Source: a virus
Lineage: Duplodnaviria; Caudoviricetes
Virus record (IMG/VR): IMGVR_UViG_3300017785_006608
Span: 1 to 49,966 of that record
Direction: 5' to 3' (one strand)
Length of the DNA: 49,966 bases
Part shown: one piece after another, positions 8,030 through 16,746 of the stretch
Layout: each line of letters starts with the position of its first letter
Position numbering within the stretch: position 1 is the stretch's first letter
Position numbers and translations under genes: made by a program
Notes under the pieces: generated by a model
Seen by the model: the letters and a program-made list of their open reading frames with translations, nothing else
The model's database searches: none
Told to the model about the DNA's origin: nothing

Positions 8030-8057
8030 ACATGAGTGCAGTATACTGTACGCATGT
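8030..8057. promoter_or_regulatory. 28-bp imperfect palindrome
   Basis: ACATGAGTGCAGTATACTGTACGCATGT, two mismatched pairs. Confidence 0.5.
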
Positions 8058-8605
8058 CCAGTGAGGCCGGGCACATCTTGGCTTGGTTGACAGTGAAATG
8101 GGCGTGGCAAGATTACACTCACGTCGCAAGTGCTGAAGCGTTATGTTTGTTGCGACGGTGGGGGAACGAAATAGCCACGGGTGTTCCTGGGTTATTCGGT
8201 GGGGCGGATCGGAATAATGTAGGAAGGAAGCACGTTTACGGGGTGGGTGGACTGCGTCGTTACAGGATCGTGATGAGGGCAGAATAGGGAGGGGGTGAGT
8301 GGTATTTGTGTACCTTCTGACTGTATAGTGTGCTTGGAACCTGGGTTTCCGGGAATGCCGACAATAATGGGCCGCGAACCTGGGCTTTCCATAGCTGGCG
8401 TTGGACGTTGGGACATTTGGGGGGGTTCGGTGTCATTTGGTAGCTCGGGGGGGCCCCGCCAGGGCATACTGAACGCATGTTCTCGGCCATTACAGTACAC
8501 TCAAGTGGTGGGGTGGCGCCACACACTCACGCACCGAACCTGCTACGCCGGACCGTGGCCCAACGTTGGGACCGACCACCCACCACCCTGTAACCGTCGC
8601 ATCGC

Positions 8606-8686
8606 ACGTCCACACGTCGTCGCGTTGACGGGTACGCACGTCGTCGTGATGCGGGTACGCACGTCGTCGTGAAGCGCGTCCACACG
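8606..8686. repeat. Iteron-like tandem repeats, 23-bp period
   Basis: CGGGTACGCACGTCGTCGTGA exact at 8629 and 8652, flanked by degenerate CGTCCACACG copies. Confidence 0.85.
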
Positions 8687-8937
8687 CTAACGGTCTTGCG
8701 ACACGACACAGGGACCGCAGTCTTCCCCCACCCCCTTTTAACCCTTATTCTACCTTCTGGACACTCTCACCAATCCCGCCCCTATATACGCGCGCCCATG
8801 TTCCATCACGTATCCTCCTTGCGCCCCTACGTAACTACGTCCACGCGCCCACGATGAGATAAAGCGCCGCCCTCCCCACCCCCACCGGACGCCACCGCCG
8901 AATAATGCAGCTTCAACCACGTCTTTCACGATTTCTC

Positions 8938-8968
8938 TTGACGACCTTGCGCCATCGGGCTATGGGAT
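8938..8968 (+). promoter_or_regulatory. Putative rightward (late arm) promoter
   Basis: TTGACG, 17 nt, then TATGGG (weak -10), preceded by a T-rich tract. Confidence 0.4.
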
Positions 8969-8972
8969 CGGC

Positions 8973-9460
8973 ATGGTGCTGGAGAATCTGCCCTCTGAGA
9001 GCGTTCCTCTATTGAGGTAGACAGTGCCATCGGCGTTTCATTCAACCCCGTAGACGGTAGCCTCACGGCCTCCTACGTACCGGGACTTGGTGGATCAGAG
9101 AGGAAGCTCGCCGACCGTTCTCCATCGTGGGAACAACAAGCACTCCAGGCCAGCCTCGTGTTCGCGGGGAGCCTGTGCGCGAGGTACCACTAAGCTGGGC
9201 CTCCTTGGCGGATGGAAGTACGGCCACACCGGATTCTTACCCCGTCATGGTCGAGGGAATATGAACTCCTCGATGCCGAGCGTGCTCCTGACAGGCTGCG
9301 CTCGTAAAGCTCAACGCGGGACAGAGACTAACCGCCGTCATGCAGGGTAGTGGGTGAGAGAAGAAGCAGTACCAGTGCAGTCTCGGCAAGTCCCAGGCAT
9401 GGGATACTACCCCGACGGAATAGCATAGGGAGGCAGCGCCTATCTCACGGCCCCTACCAC
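8973..9460 (+). ncRNA. Candidate large structured ncRNA or leader of the late operon
   Basis: No credible ORF. Nested helices with G-U pairs on the + strand, closed by GGGACTTG (9082-9089) / CAAGTCCC (9387-9394). Confidence 0.55.
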
Positions 9461-9506
9461 CCCCGTAGATGAACCACTCCACGCTCACCACCCCCCGAGG
9501 TGTCCC

Positions 9507-10139
9507 ATCCCCATCAAGCGCAAGAAAGAAGGCGAGCGTTCGCGCTTCGTCGCCCTTCTCCTGCGGTTCATCTTCGGTGAAGATGGTCCCTGGACGACGG
9601 GCGACGAGCGCACGCTTCGTGAGATCCACGCGTCTACCCCGGACTCGCAGTACGCGAAGCGCCGGGACCTCGCGTTCCTGTTGAAGAGCTCGGACGGCAT
9701 CGTCCGGACCGACATCCTCGACTTCTTCGTCAACAAGGTAGGCGGACTCGTCGGCCGCCTCCTTCCGGACCTGCCCGGTGACCTCGACCACGACGGGATT
9801 CCGGACGCGATCGAGCTCTACGAAGAGCTCGGCGAGCAGTTCCTCCGTCGCGCCGCGGAACTCCGTGAGAAGCACGGGATGGCTCGCCTCAAGGTCGAGA
9901 TCAGCTACTACGTGGCTGGCGATGATGAAGACGCTGCCCGCGTTCGTGCCGAGTACGAGCGCACGCCCCCGCCGAGCGCTCGTGCCGAGTACGAGCGCAC
10001 CGGCAGCCTCGAACAGTTCCGAGTAGGCACGCCGGTCAGCGATGACCAGGTCAGCGCGCCAAAGGGAAACACTTCGGACGTGGGCAGCGATCCGGAGGGC
10101 CAGGGTGTGAAACCCCCGGCCGACGGCGCCACTCCTTAG
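9507..10139 (+). CDS. Hypothetical protein (210 aa) with probable ATC start
   Basis: Frame is open with coding-like GC3 from 9507; SD GAGGT 5 nt upstream; DLDHDGIPD Ca-binding-like motif; RAEYERT duplicated. Confidence 0.75.
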   Translation: MPIKRKKEGERSRFVALLLRFIFGEDGPWTTGDERTLREIHASTPDSQYAKRRDLAFLLKSSDGIVRTDILDFFVNKVGGLVGRLLPDLPGDLDHDGIPDAIELYEELGEQFLRRAAELREKHGMARLKVEISYYVAGDDEDAARVRAEYERTPPPSARAEYERTGSLEQFRVGTPVSDDQVSAPKGNTSDVGSDPEGQGVKPPADGATP

Positions 10140-10289
10140 GGAGGTTCTGTCTGTCTCGACGTCGAAGCGACGTCGCTTCGTAATGGTAGTAAACCTTCGA
10201 TGGGATGGGAGTCCCTGACGAGGCTACCGGTCTGGTCCCGACCATGGCGGACAAGAGGTTGCCGAATGACCCCCGGCCGCCCAGTCGTG

Positions 10290-10326
10290 GTCGGTCGTTC
10301 TCCCCGTCCAAGGAGAACGACCGACT
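10290..10326 (+). promoter_or_regulatory. 14-bp hairpin upstream of the Acb2/Tad1-like gene
   Basis: GTCGGTCGTTCTCC / GGAGAACGACCGAC. Confidence 0.55.
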
Positions 10327-10354
10327 GCGTTCCCTTCAACTTGGAGCCACCACG

Positions 10355-10822
10355 ATGAACCCCGCTGTTCGACCCTTCTCTTCCTTCCAAGACGTCCAGG
10401 ACCGACTCCGCTACCGCGGCGTCACCACCCCCGAGGCCAAGCTGGCCCACGAGTGGCTCCGCGACCGGGAGAATGAGCTCTCCGTCTTCTTCCAGTCCGA
10501 GTCCGTGCCGGGCTCCCAGGCGGGACGCTCCCCGTTCGAGCAACTTCGGGTCCAACTCGAAGAGTTCGCGCTCGGGATCTTCAACCGCTGCGTAGAGTCT
10601 CCCGAGCGGACTCTCGCCCTGCGCCACATCGAGACGGCGCGGATGGCCGGCAATGAGTGCATTCTTCTCGCCACGAGTACCAACGCGGTGTCCATGCGCG
10701 AAGACATGATCACCTCGAACATCTACACGTTCGAGCTTCGCCTCGCCCGCTACCGCGCCTCGCAGGCGGTCGCGTTCTACGGGACGCAGGTGCAGGAGTT
10801 CATCCACGGTGGAGAAACCTGA
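10355..10822 (+). CDS. Acb2/Tad1-like helical-hairpin protein (candidate nucleotide-signal sponge)
   Basis: GGAG SD. CVESPERTLALRHIETARMAGNECI fits the remembered family pattern cP.SrE.slAl.klE.a.m.aN..I. Confidence 0.6.
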   Translation: MNPAVRPFSSFQDVQDRLRYRGVTTPEAKLAHEWLRDRENELSVFFQSESVPGSQAGRSPFEQLRVQLEEFALGIFNRCVESPERTLALRHIETARMAGNECILLATSTNAVSMREDMITSNIYTFELRLARYRASQAVAFYGTQVQEFIHGGET

Positions 10823-11259
10823 TGTTCGAGCTTGACCTGCGTCGTACCTGGTTCACGCGCACGAGTACGATTTCCATCGTGCTCTTGAACCGCTCGTTCT
10901 ACAGCTACGCGCTGGAGGACTATGACCGCGGGTCGGCTCCGAAGGTCCCCGGGCAGACGGCCATCCCTGCTGGCACCTACGAGATGGACATCACCTTCTC
11001 GAATCGGTTCCAGCAGGACATGCCGATCCTGCTCAACGTGCCCAACTTCCAGGGCATCCGGATCCACACCGGGAACACGGACAAAGATACCGAGGGTTGT
11101 ATACTCCTGGGCTTGTACCGAGGAGTAAACACCGTGACCAACTCCAAGCTCGCCTATGCCCCCTTCTTTGAGAAGATGAAGGTCGCCAAGGCAGCTGGGG
11201 AGAAGATGGTCTGTCGCATCGGTCGCGACCCGTTTTTTTGGGAGGAAGCAAACAAGTGA
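10822..11259 (+). CDS. DUF5675 family protein (putative endolysin, L,D-transpeptidase-like)
   Basis: ALED, TAIPAGTY and GIRIHTGN...DTEGCILLG signature; TGATG coupling. Confidence 0.9.
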   Translation: MFELDLRRTWFTRTSTISIVLLNRSFYSYALEDYDRGSAPKVPGQTAIPAGTYEMDITFSNRFQQDMPILLNVPNFQGIRIHTGNTDKDTEGCILLGLYRGVNTVTNSKLAYAPFFEKMKVAKAAGEKMVCRIGRDPFFWEEANK

Positions 11260-11546
11260 GCTCCGAGACCCCGACCTTGCCTGATCGCACAGAGAACCAG
11301 CTTTTCAACCTGGTCACCAGGCTTGTCAACAATGCGGATGCAAACAGCCTCGCGCTGGTGGGGCAACTGAACGGGCTCCGCTGGGAAGTCCGTATCATCG
11401 TTCTTGTCACACTGATGCTCATGGCCGTCCGTGATGGGGCCTTCACGAAGCTCGGACTCCCCGGCCTGACCTTCGAAACCCATCCTGCGGGTGACCACGC
11501 CTACCCCGAAGTGGAGACCATTACCCCCACCTCTATCGTCCCGTGA
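11256..11546 (+). CDS. Single-TM protein, holin candidate
   Basis: GTGA overlap with the lysin stop, GGAGG SD, TM segment IIVLVTLMLMAV. Confidence 0.6.
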   Translation: MSSETPTLPDRTENQLFNLVTRLVNNADANSLALVGQLNGLRWEVRIIVLVTLMLMAVRDGAFTKLGLPGLTFETHPAGDHAYPEVETITPTSIVP

Positions 11547-11547
11547 T

Positions 11548-12018
11548 ATGAGCACTTTCCGCCAAGCCATCCTCGATCGGATGAAAGCCACCAACTTCGG
11601 CGAGGAAGCCCTCGCCGATCAGGTGATCTCCATCATCAAGGGCGAGCGGGTAGTGAAGTCATTCTCGGTCGTAGGCGGAAAGAAAGTTCAGACCGGAGAA
11701 GTGGTGACGGTGGATCCGAAGGACGCGGGACGCGGCCTCGTGATCCACGACCGCATCATGGGTGGAGCCCTCGGCCTGACGCCGAAGACCGTCGAGGAGA
11801 CGGCTCCCCAAGATCGCCTGTATGCGATGTTTGCCCCGAAGCGCGATGAACGCGTGGTGGCTCACGTCAAGCCAGTTCAAGCTCTGCCCCCCGAGGTAGC
11901 CAGCCAGGCATCTCCGGAGCAAGAAGAGGTTCTCTCGGTGGCGCTGCCGGAAGAGGTGGCCCTACCCGGGGTGGCAGAGCTTCTGGATCCTCCCCTTACC
12001 GACGATGACGTCTGGTAA
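11548..12018 (+). CDS. Putative terminase small subunit
   Basis: Directly upstream of and coupled (TAATG) to TerL; function inferred from position only. Confidence 0.55.
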   Translation: MSTFRQAILDRMKATNFGEEALADQVISIIKGERVVKSFSVVGGKKVQTGEVVTVDPKDAGRGLVIHDRIMGGALGLTPKTVEETAPQDRLYAMFAPKRDERVVAHVKPVQALPPEVASQASPEQEEVLSVALPEEVALPGVAELLDPPLTDDDVW

Positions 12019-14321
12019 TGGCCCGCAACACCAAAGTGCAGTTGGACGGACTTGTTTCGTCCATCTCTCAGAAGTACGCGGAGTTCGCCTACCTGCGGGC
12101 GAAGTACGACCGCTTCCTGGAGCCCTCACCAGAGAAGAAGCACACCTACGATCAACTCCAGATCGCAGAGACTGACCTCACGGTATTGGTTGGGCTCCTG
12201 CGCGAGTTGGGCGTCCACGTCTCGGTGACGGACCTCAAGGCCAAGGGGCTCAAGTGGTTCGCCAAGAACATCGGCGTGTCGCCGGACAAGGCCGCGTTAC
12301 TGGAAACCATCAAGATCCCGGAGTTCCCGGACTTCAACCGTCCGCCTCCGACGAAGAAGTTCTCCAATCCGCTGGACAGGGTGGCTCGACCGCCCGCCAT
12401 CGTCACGATGCTCGCCAGCCCCGTAGATGAAGGCTCCTTCACTCCAGACTTCAGCTTCGACGACAAGCTCAAGCTGGACTTCGAGTTCTTCTGCAACAAC
12501 TGCCTCAAGATTCCGTACCGGCCCGGGATGCACCCGGACTACCCGGAAGGAGGCTCCGGCTTTTTCTTCCTGACTGAGATGCAACGGCTTCTGCTGGCCG
12601 AGCTCTACTACGACCTGTTGATCCGAAAGATTCCGGTTCGTTACATCATTCTCAAGTCTCGTCAGTTGGGGTGTACGACCCTCCTGCTGGCCTTCTGGAC
12701 TTGGCTCGCACTGACGTTCGAGAACTTCGTCGTTCTGTTCATCATCGACAAGGGCAAGCACAACATCACCAAGAAAGACATGGTGATGAAGTGGCTCGAC
12801 TACATCGAGACGAACCATGGCAACGCGTTCAAGGCGAAGCTCACCAAGCGGGACATGTCCCAGGGAATCTTCATCTTCTCGAACGGCTCGGGACTCATGT
12901 TCGAGTCTGCCGAGTCTCCCAATCCGGGCACGTCAGAGCGCATCTCCGTGCTCCATGAGTCGGAGAAGCCGAAGTGGCCCGCAGGCCGCGCCGGTGAAGT
13001 AGAAGCGTCCATCCTCCCTGGTATGTCGGAGTCGCGCTACACGATCCACGTCAACGAGTCTACGGCCGAGGGGCAGGAGCACTTCGCCAAAGAATGGAAG
13101 CGCGCGGTCAAGGACCCGTCCTACGGCTACAAGCCGCTCTTCTTCCCGTGGTTCATCTCCGGTGAGTACCAGCTTCCGCCTCCTGAGTCCAGTTATGACG
13201 CTGACCGCGACTTCATCTACCTTAACGACGACCCCGAGGTGGCTGAGGTAGACGACTCGGGTGAGTTCGTCATGAACGAGGAAGCGTACTCCGCGACCTA
13301 CAAGCTCTCCCCGGCGCAGACGTACTGGCGCCGGATGGCGATCAAGAGGAAGTTCAAGGGGAACCGCGACACCTTCGACCAAGAGTATCCTACTACTCCG
13401 GGCCACGCGTGGCGTGCCATCTCTTCCAGCTTCTTTCCCAAGGAGAAGCTGGACCTCGCCGAGACAGAGTCTGTCCGAGCTCCGCTGCTCGTCGGCCACC
13501 TCACGAACGCGACGGGCTTCATTGACCATTCCCGCCCCTGCCTCTACAATACGGTCGTCCCGCAGATTACTACTTCCCGCAACGGAGACCTGAAAGTTTG
13601 GGAGCTCCCAGTGAAGGACGGAGAGGCTCGCTACTTCGTCGGGGGCGACGTCTGCGAGGGCAAGACCATTATCAATGAACAGGGAAGTTCCGACCCCGAC
13701 TGGACGGTCTTCCCGGTCAAGAATGAGAGAGGTACTACGGTGGCTATCTACCGAGCGCGCGTGCGTCCGGAGGAAGCCTGGATTCCCTTGCTCCTGCTTT
13801 GCGTGCTCTACAACAACGCTCACGTCAACGTGGAGCGCAACGGCCCCGGTGCCACGCTCTTGACGTGGTTCTACCAGACCGGTTACCCCAAGCTCCTCAT
13901 TTGGCCGACTCCTAAGGGGCGTCCGGCGATCGATCGAGCATGGACCCAACTGGGCGCAGGAAACCGCGTCGAGATGCTCGCCCAGCTAAGGGCGGCGTAC
14001 AACGCCGACTATACCAGAATCTTGTCTATTGAGTTGCTTCACGAGCTTCGATCGTTTATAGTGAACGGTAAGACGGGCAAGGTCGGAGCCGATGTCAACA
14101 ACCACGACGATATCGTCCTGGCTGATTGCCACGCCGAGACCTGCCGCCTCTTCTACTTGGGGCTCCTTCGCGCCTACGACGTGAAGGATCGGAACCCTGT
14201 GGAAGATCTCATCGTTTACGATCCTGCCCGCGATCCTAACCACGCCGAGTTCGGCGGCTGGGTCTTCGGGGAAGGGATTACCGACATCGATCTTGATCCA
14301 TCCGAAATGGAGGGTTGGTAA
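12018..14321 (+). CDS. terL: Terminase large subunit
   Basis: ILKSRQLGCTT Walker A, LHESE Walker B region, NESTAEG, nuclease motifs VGGDVCEG, VERNGPG and HDDIVLA; long N-terminal extension. Confidence 0.95.
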   Translation: MARNTKVQLDGLVSSISQKYAEFAYLRAKYDRFLEPSPEKKHTYDQLQIAETDLTVLVGLLRELGVHVSVTDLKAKGLKWFAKNIGVSPDKAALLETIKIPEFPDFNRPPPTKKFSNPLDRVARPPAIVTMLASPVDEGSFTPDFSFDDKLKLDFEFFCNNCLKIPYRPGMHPDYPEGGSGFFFLTEMQRLLLAELYYDLLIRKIPVRYIILKSRQLGCTTLLLAFWTWLALTFENFVVLFIIDKGKHNITKKDMVMKWLDYIETNHGNAFKAKLTKRDMSQGIFIFSNGSGLMFESAESPNPGTSERISVLHESEKPKWPAGRAGEVEASILPGMSESRYTIHVNESTAEGQEHFAKEWKRAVKDPSYGYKPLFFPWFISGEYQLPPPESSYDADRDFIYLNDDPEVAEVDDSGEFVMNEEAYSATYKLSPAQTYWRRMAIKRKFKGNRDTFDQEYPTTPGHAWRAISSSFFPKEKLDLAETESVRAPLLVGHLTNATGFIDHSRPCLYNTVVPQITTSRNGDLKVWELPVKDGEARYFVGGDVCEGKTIINEQGSSDPDWTVFPVKNERGTTVAIYRARVRPEEAWIPLLLLCVLYNNAHVNVERNGPGATLLTWFYQTGYPKLLIWPTPKGRPAIDRAWTQLGAGNRVEMLAQLRAAYNADYTRILSIELLHELRSFIVNGKTGKVGADVNNHDDIVLADCHAETCRLFYLGLLRAYDVKDRNPVEDLIVYDPARDPNHAEFGGWVFGEGITDIDLDPSEMEGW

Positions 14322-16261
14322 TGGCTAAGAAGAAGATGACCAAGGCTCTGGTCGAGCTCTGGGACCAACGCCTTCGTGCCGACCTCCAGCAGCGGATGTC
14401 CCAGTGCGACCCGGACTGGGAGAAGCACAACGTCCTGGTCCGCAACACGGGCTCGGGGTTCCGCAACGGTAACCTCGTCGAGGACTTCGTTCGCGTCCTC
14501 CAGATGCGACTGTTCGCTCGGCCTTTCGAGGTCAGCATCAAGCCGGACAACCCGGACTACGCCGAGAAGGCCGACACGGCGACGGTCGTGTCGGAGTCGG
14601 TGGCTCGTATCGCCTCCCTATCTGACCAACTGTTCGAGGCGACCAAGGACGCCATGTGGGCGACCACGGGCTGGCTTGAAGTTGGTCACCCTCTGGACCC
14701 CTGGTCCTTGGATGTGATGCGCTCGGTTTTCTCCCCGAACGTCGACCAGACCGAGATGCTCCCGGACAACCCTGCCGTAGACGAGTACGAGCCGGTGGAT
14801 CCTTCGGAGTTGGCTGCCTACGGCGTCCAGCCGGACAACGTTCTCCCCTTCGATCCGTTCGCCGAGATCCCGGCGATGGAAGAAGAAGGCGAGGCGCAGC
14901 CGGTCTTCAACGCGACGATGGGTTACCCGTGGCTTACCGTGGTTGACCCGCGGCTGGTCCTCATCCCTCCTCAGGCGCGCAACGAGGAAGGGGTCGACTA
15001 CATTTGTCGTCTCCGCTTCATGACTCGGGCCGAGCTCAAGAAGATCCGCAACGTGGACTACGGCTACGCCAGTGGCTCTATCAACGGCGAGTTCAAGGAA
15101 ATCTTCACCCGGTCGTCCGGAATGGATCCTTTGCTCTTTCCCGAACTCATGTTGATCATGGAGACGTGGATCATCCGGGACCGCAACAACCCGGACTACA
15201 ACAACTGGTATCTCTGCCACGTCTTTGGTCATTCCGAGTGGGTCATCACGAACACCGTGAATCCCTACGGCGGCATGATCCCTCTCACGCCGGTAAAGCC
15301 CCTCAAGCACAAGGGGTACTACGACGCCAGCACCGCTAAGACCCTGGCTCAGTTTGCCGACATCTTCGACATCGGCGTCAAGTCCCTCTACCACAAGTTC
15401 TTGGAGTTGCTCAACCCCAAGACCCTGAACGGGGCGGGCGCAGGACTGGAACCGAAGGAAGCGAAGAAGCTCAACGATCCGAGCTACCGCGGACCAGTCG
15501 CCGTCAACGACATCACGCAGGTCCAGCGGTGGAAGCCAGAGCCCTTGGACCAGGCTTTCCTCGTCCACCTCAACTACGTCAAATCCCTGGCGCAGACGTC
15601 CTCCGGGGCGAATGACATGGACCGTGGTCAACCGATCAAGGATATCTCCGCCCGGCAGACGTCGGCACTGATTCAGGCGACGGGCATCAATGTCGAGGGG
15701 ATGAAGAACGAGATCGCCCAGTCGGCCCGCAAGGTGCTGATGAAGCTGATGCATCTCATCGGTCTCTACAACCACCAGTCCGGTGGTCGTACCTATCAGA
15801 TCGAGGACCGCATCGTCAAGATGAACCGCGGGACGCACGACTTTACGGAGTCGTTCATCTACAACGTGGAAGTGGTCGACACGGGAGACACGGACGCCGA
15901 ATCGCAGCTGTCGTGGAACCAGTTCCTCCGCACGCTCATGACGGACTCCGGCGGGGTCCTGATCCCGTACATCGACCTGGAGAAGCTCGCGCGCGAGACG
16001 GTGAGGATCTACGGCAAGGGATCCTCTCTGCTCGCCAGCCGGGGCGCCGGTCGTCCCGGTGAGGGTCAGTTAGGCTCCGCAGATCCCCAGGTTCAAGCTG
16101 GGCTTTCCGGGATTCCTCAACTTTCTTCTGGACAAGACGGCCCCCTCGGGCTATCTGATATGGCAGACGGGCAACACCCCGAGCGTCAGCTTGGCTCCCG
16201 CGGGCTCTCGATGAGCAACGCTATGAGCGGGTTGAAGCGGACGGGCATCTCCGGAGTTTGA
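14321..16261 (+). CDS. Portal protein
   Basis: ~646 aa after TerL; features typical of podovirus portals (VDPRLVLIPP, PYGGMIP, SGANDMDRG...SARQTS). Confidence 0.85.
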   Translation: MAKKKMTKALVELWDQRLRADLQQRMSQCDPDWEKHNVLVRNTGSGFRNGNLVEDFVRVLQMRLFARPFEVSIKPDNPDYAEKADTATVVSESVARIASLSDQLFEATKDAMWATTGWLEVGHPLDPWSLDVMRSVFSPNVDQTEMLPDNPAVDEYEPVDPSELAAYGVQPDNVLPFDPFAEIPAMEEEGEAQPVFNATMGYPWLTVVDPRLVLIPPQARNEEGVDYICRLRFMTRAELKKIRNVDYGYASGSINGEFKEIFTRSSGMDPLLFPELMLIMETWIIRDRNNPDYNNWYLCHVFGHSEWVITNTVNPYGGMIPLTPVKPLKHKGYYDASTAKTLAQFADIFDIGVKSLYHKFLELLNPKTLNGAGAGLEPKEAKKLNDPSYRGPVAVNDITQVQRWKPEPLDQAFLVHLNYVKSLAQTSSGANDMDRGQPIKDISARQTSALIQATGINVEGMKNEIAQSARKVLMKLMHLIGLYNHQSGGRTYQIEDRIVKMNRGTHDFTESFIYNVEVVDTGDTDAESQLSWNQFLRTLMTDSGGVLIPYIDLEKLARETVRIYGKGSSLLASRGAGRPGEGQLGSADPQVQAGLSGIPQLSSGQDGPLGLSDMADGQHPERQLGSRGLSMSNAMSGLKRTGISGV

Positions 16262-16262
16262 A

Positions 16263-16730
16263 GTGCGCCACGATTGGGAATGCCAGGACTGTAAGGCAGT
16301 CACCGAAGTAGAGAGGAAGATGAGCGAAAGCTCTCTCCCTCCTCGTCACTCCTGTAAAGGTTGTGGCGCGGACAACTACAAGAAGAAGCTCGCACTCCCG
16401 ATGCGTTGCACTTCACGCTCTGAGAAGTCCCCGTTCCCGATGCGTCTCTCGTCAATCGAGAAGATCAAGACCATCAAGGACTCGAAGGGCAAGGAGTTGG
16501 GGAAGGAGCGAGAGAAGATCATCGCGACTTCCGAAACCCACTACCATCAGATCCTCAACGAGCGTGGAATGGTGATGGCCCTGGCCGGAGAAGACTCCAC
16601 CATCGGGAAGTCCCAGCGCTCCGTGTACGACACTTTCCTCGACAACGCGGCTCCGAGTGAGACCGCCCGCGACATGGCAAAGAAGTCGCACTTTGTCGAA
16701 GATCCCGCCGAAGTCGGCCAACTCGTCTGA
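16263..16730 (+). CDS. FmdB-like zinc-ribbon protein
   Basis: DWECQDC...E...MSE...CKGCG pattern; GTG start after GGAG. Confidence 0.8.
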   Translation: MRHDWECQDCKAVTEVERKMSESSLPPRHSCKGCGADNYKKKLALPMRCTSRSEKSPFPMRLSSIEKIKTIKDSKGKELGKEREKIIATSETHYHQILNERGMVMALAGEDSTIGKSQRSVYDTFLDNAAPSETARDMAKKSHFVEDPAEVGQLV

Positions 16731-16746
16731 ATCCACTGGAGGTCAA

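Noticed and set aside
7801-8686. CRISPR mini-array
   Set aside because: Repeats are adjacent or irregular with no unique spacers; the Cas4-like nuclease lies in a recombination module.
7454-9350. Short ORFs in the control region
   Set aside because: No codon bias or SD, and Arg/Gly/Pro/Cys-rich composition arising from repeats.
9300-9395. Group I intron (CAGAGACTA resembles the R element) or RNase P RNA (GAGGAAG)
   Set aside because: No matching P, Q or S elements and no interrupted gene; no RNase P P4 3' consensus.
9944-10000. 21-bp direct repeat as a recombination site
   Set aside because: In-frame 36-nt-period duplication encoding RAEYERT twice; most simply a local coding duplication.
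10210-10250. Hammerhead ribozyme at CTGACGA
   Set aside because: No GAAA core follows a stem II.
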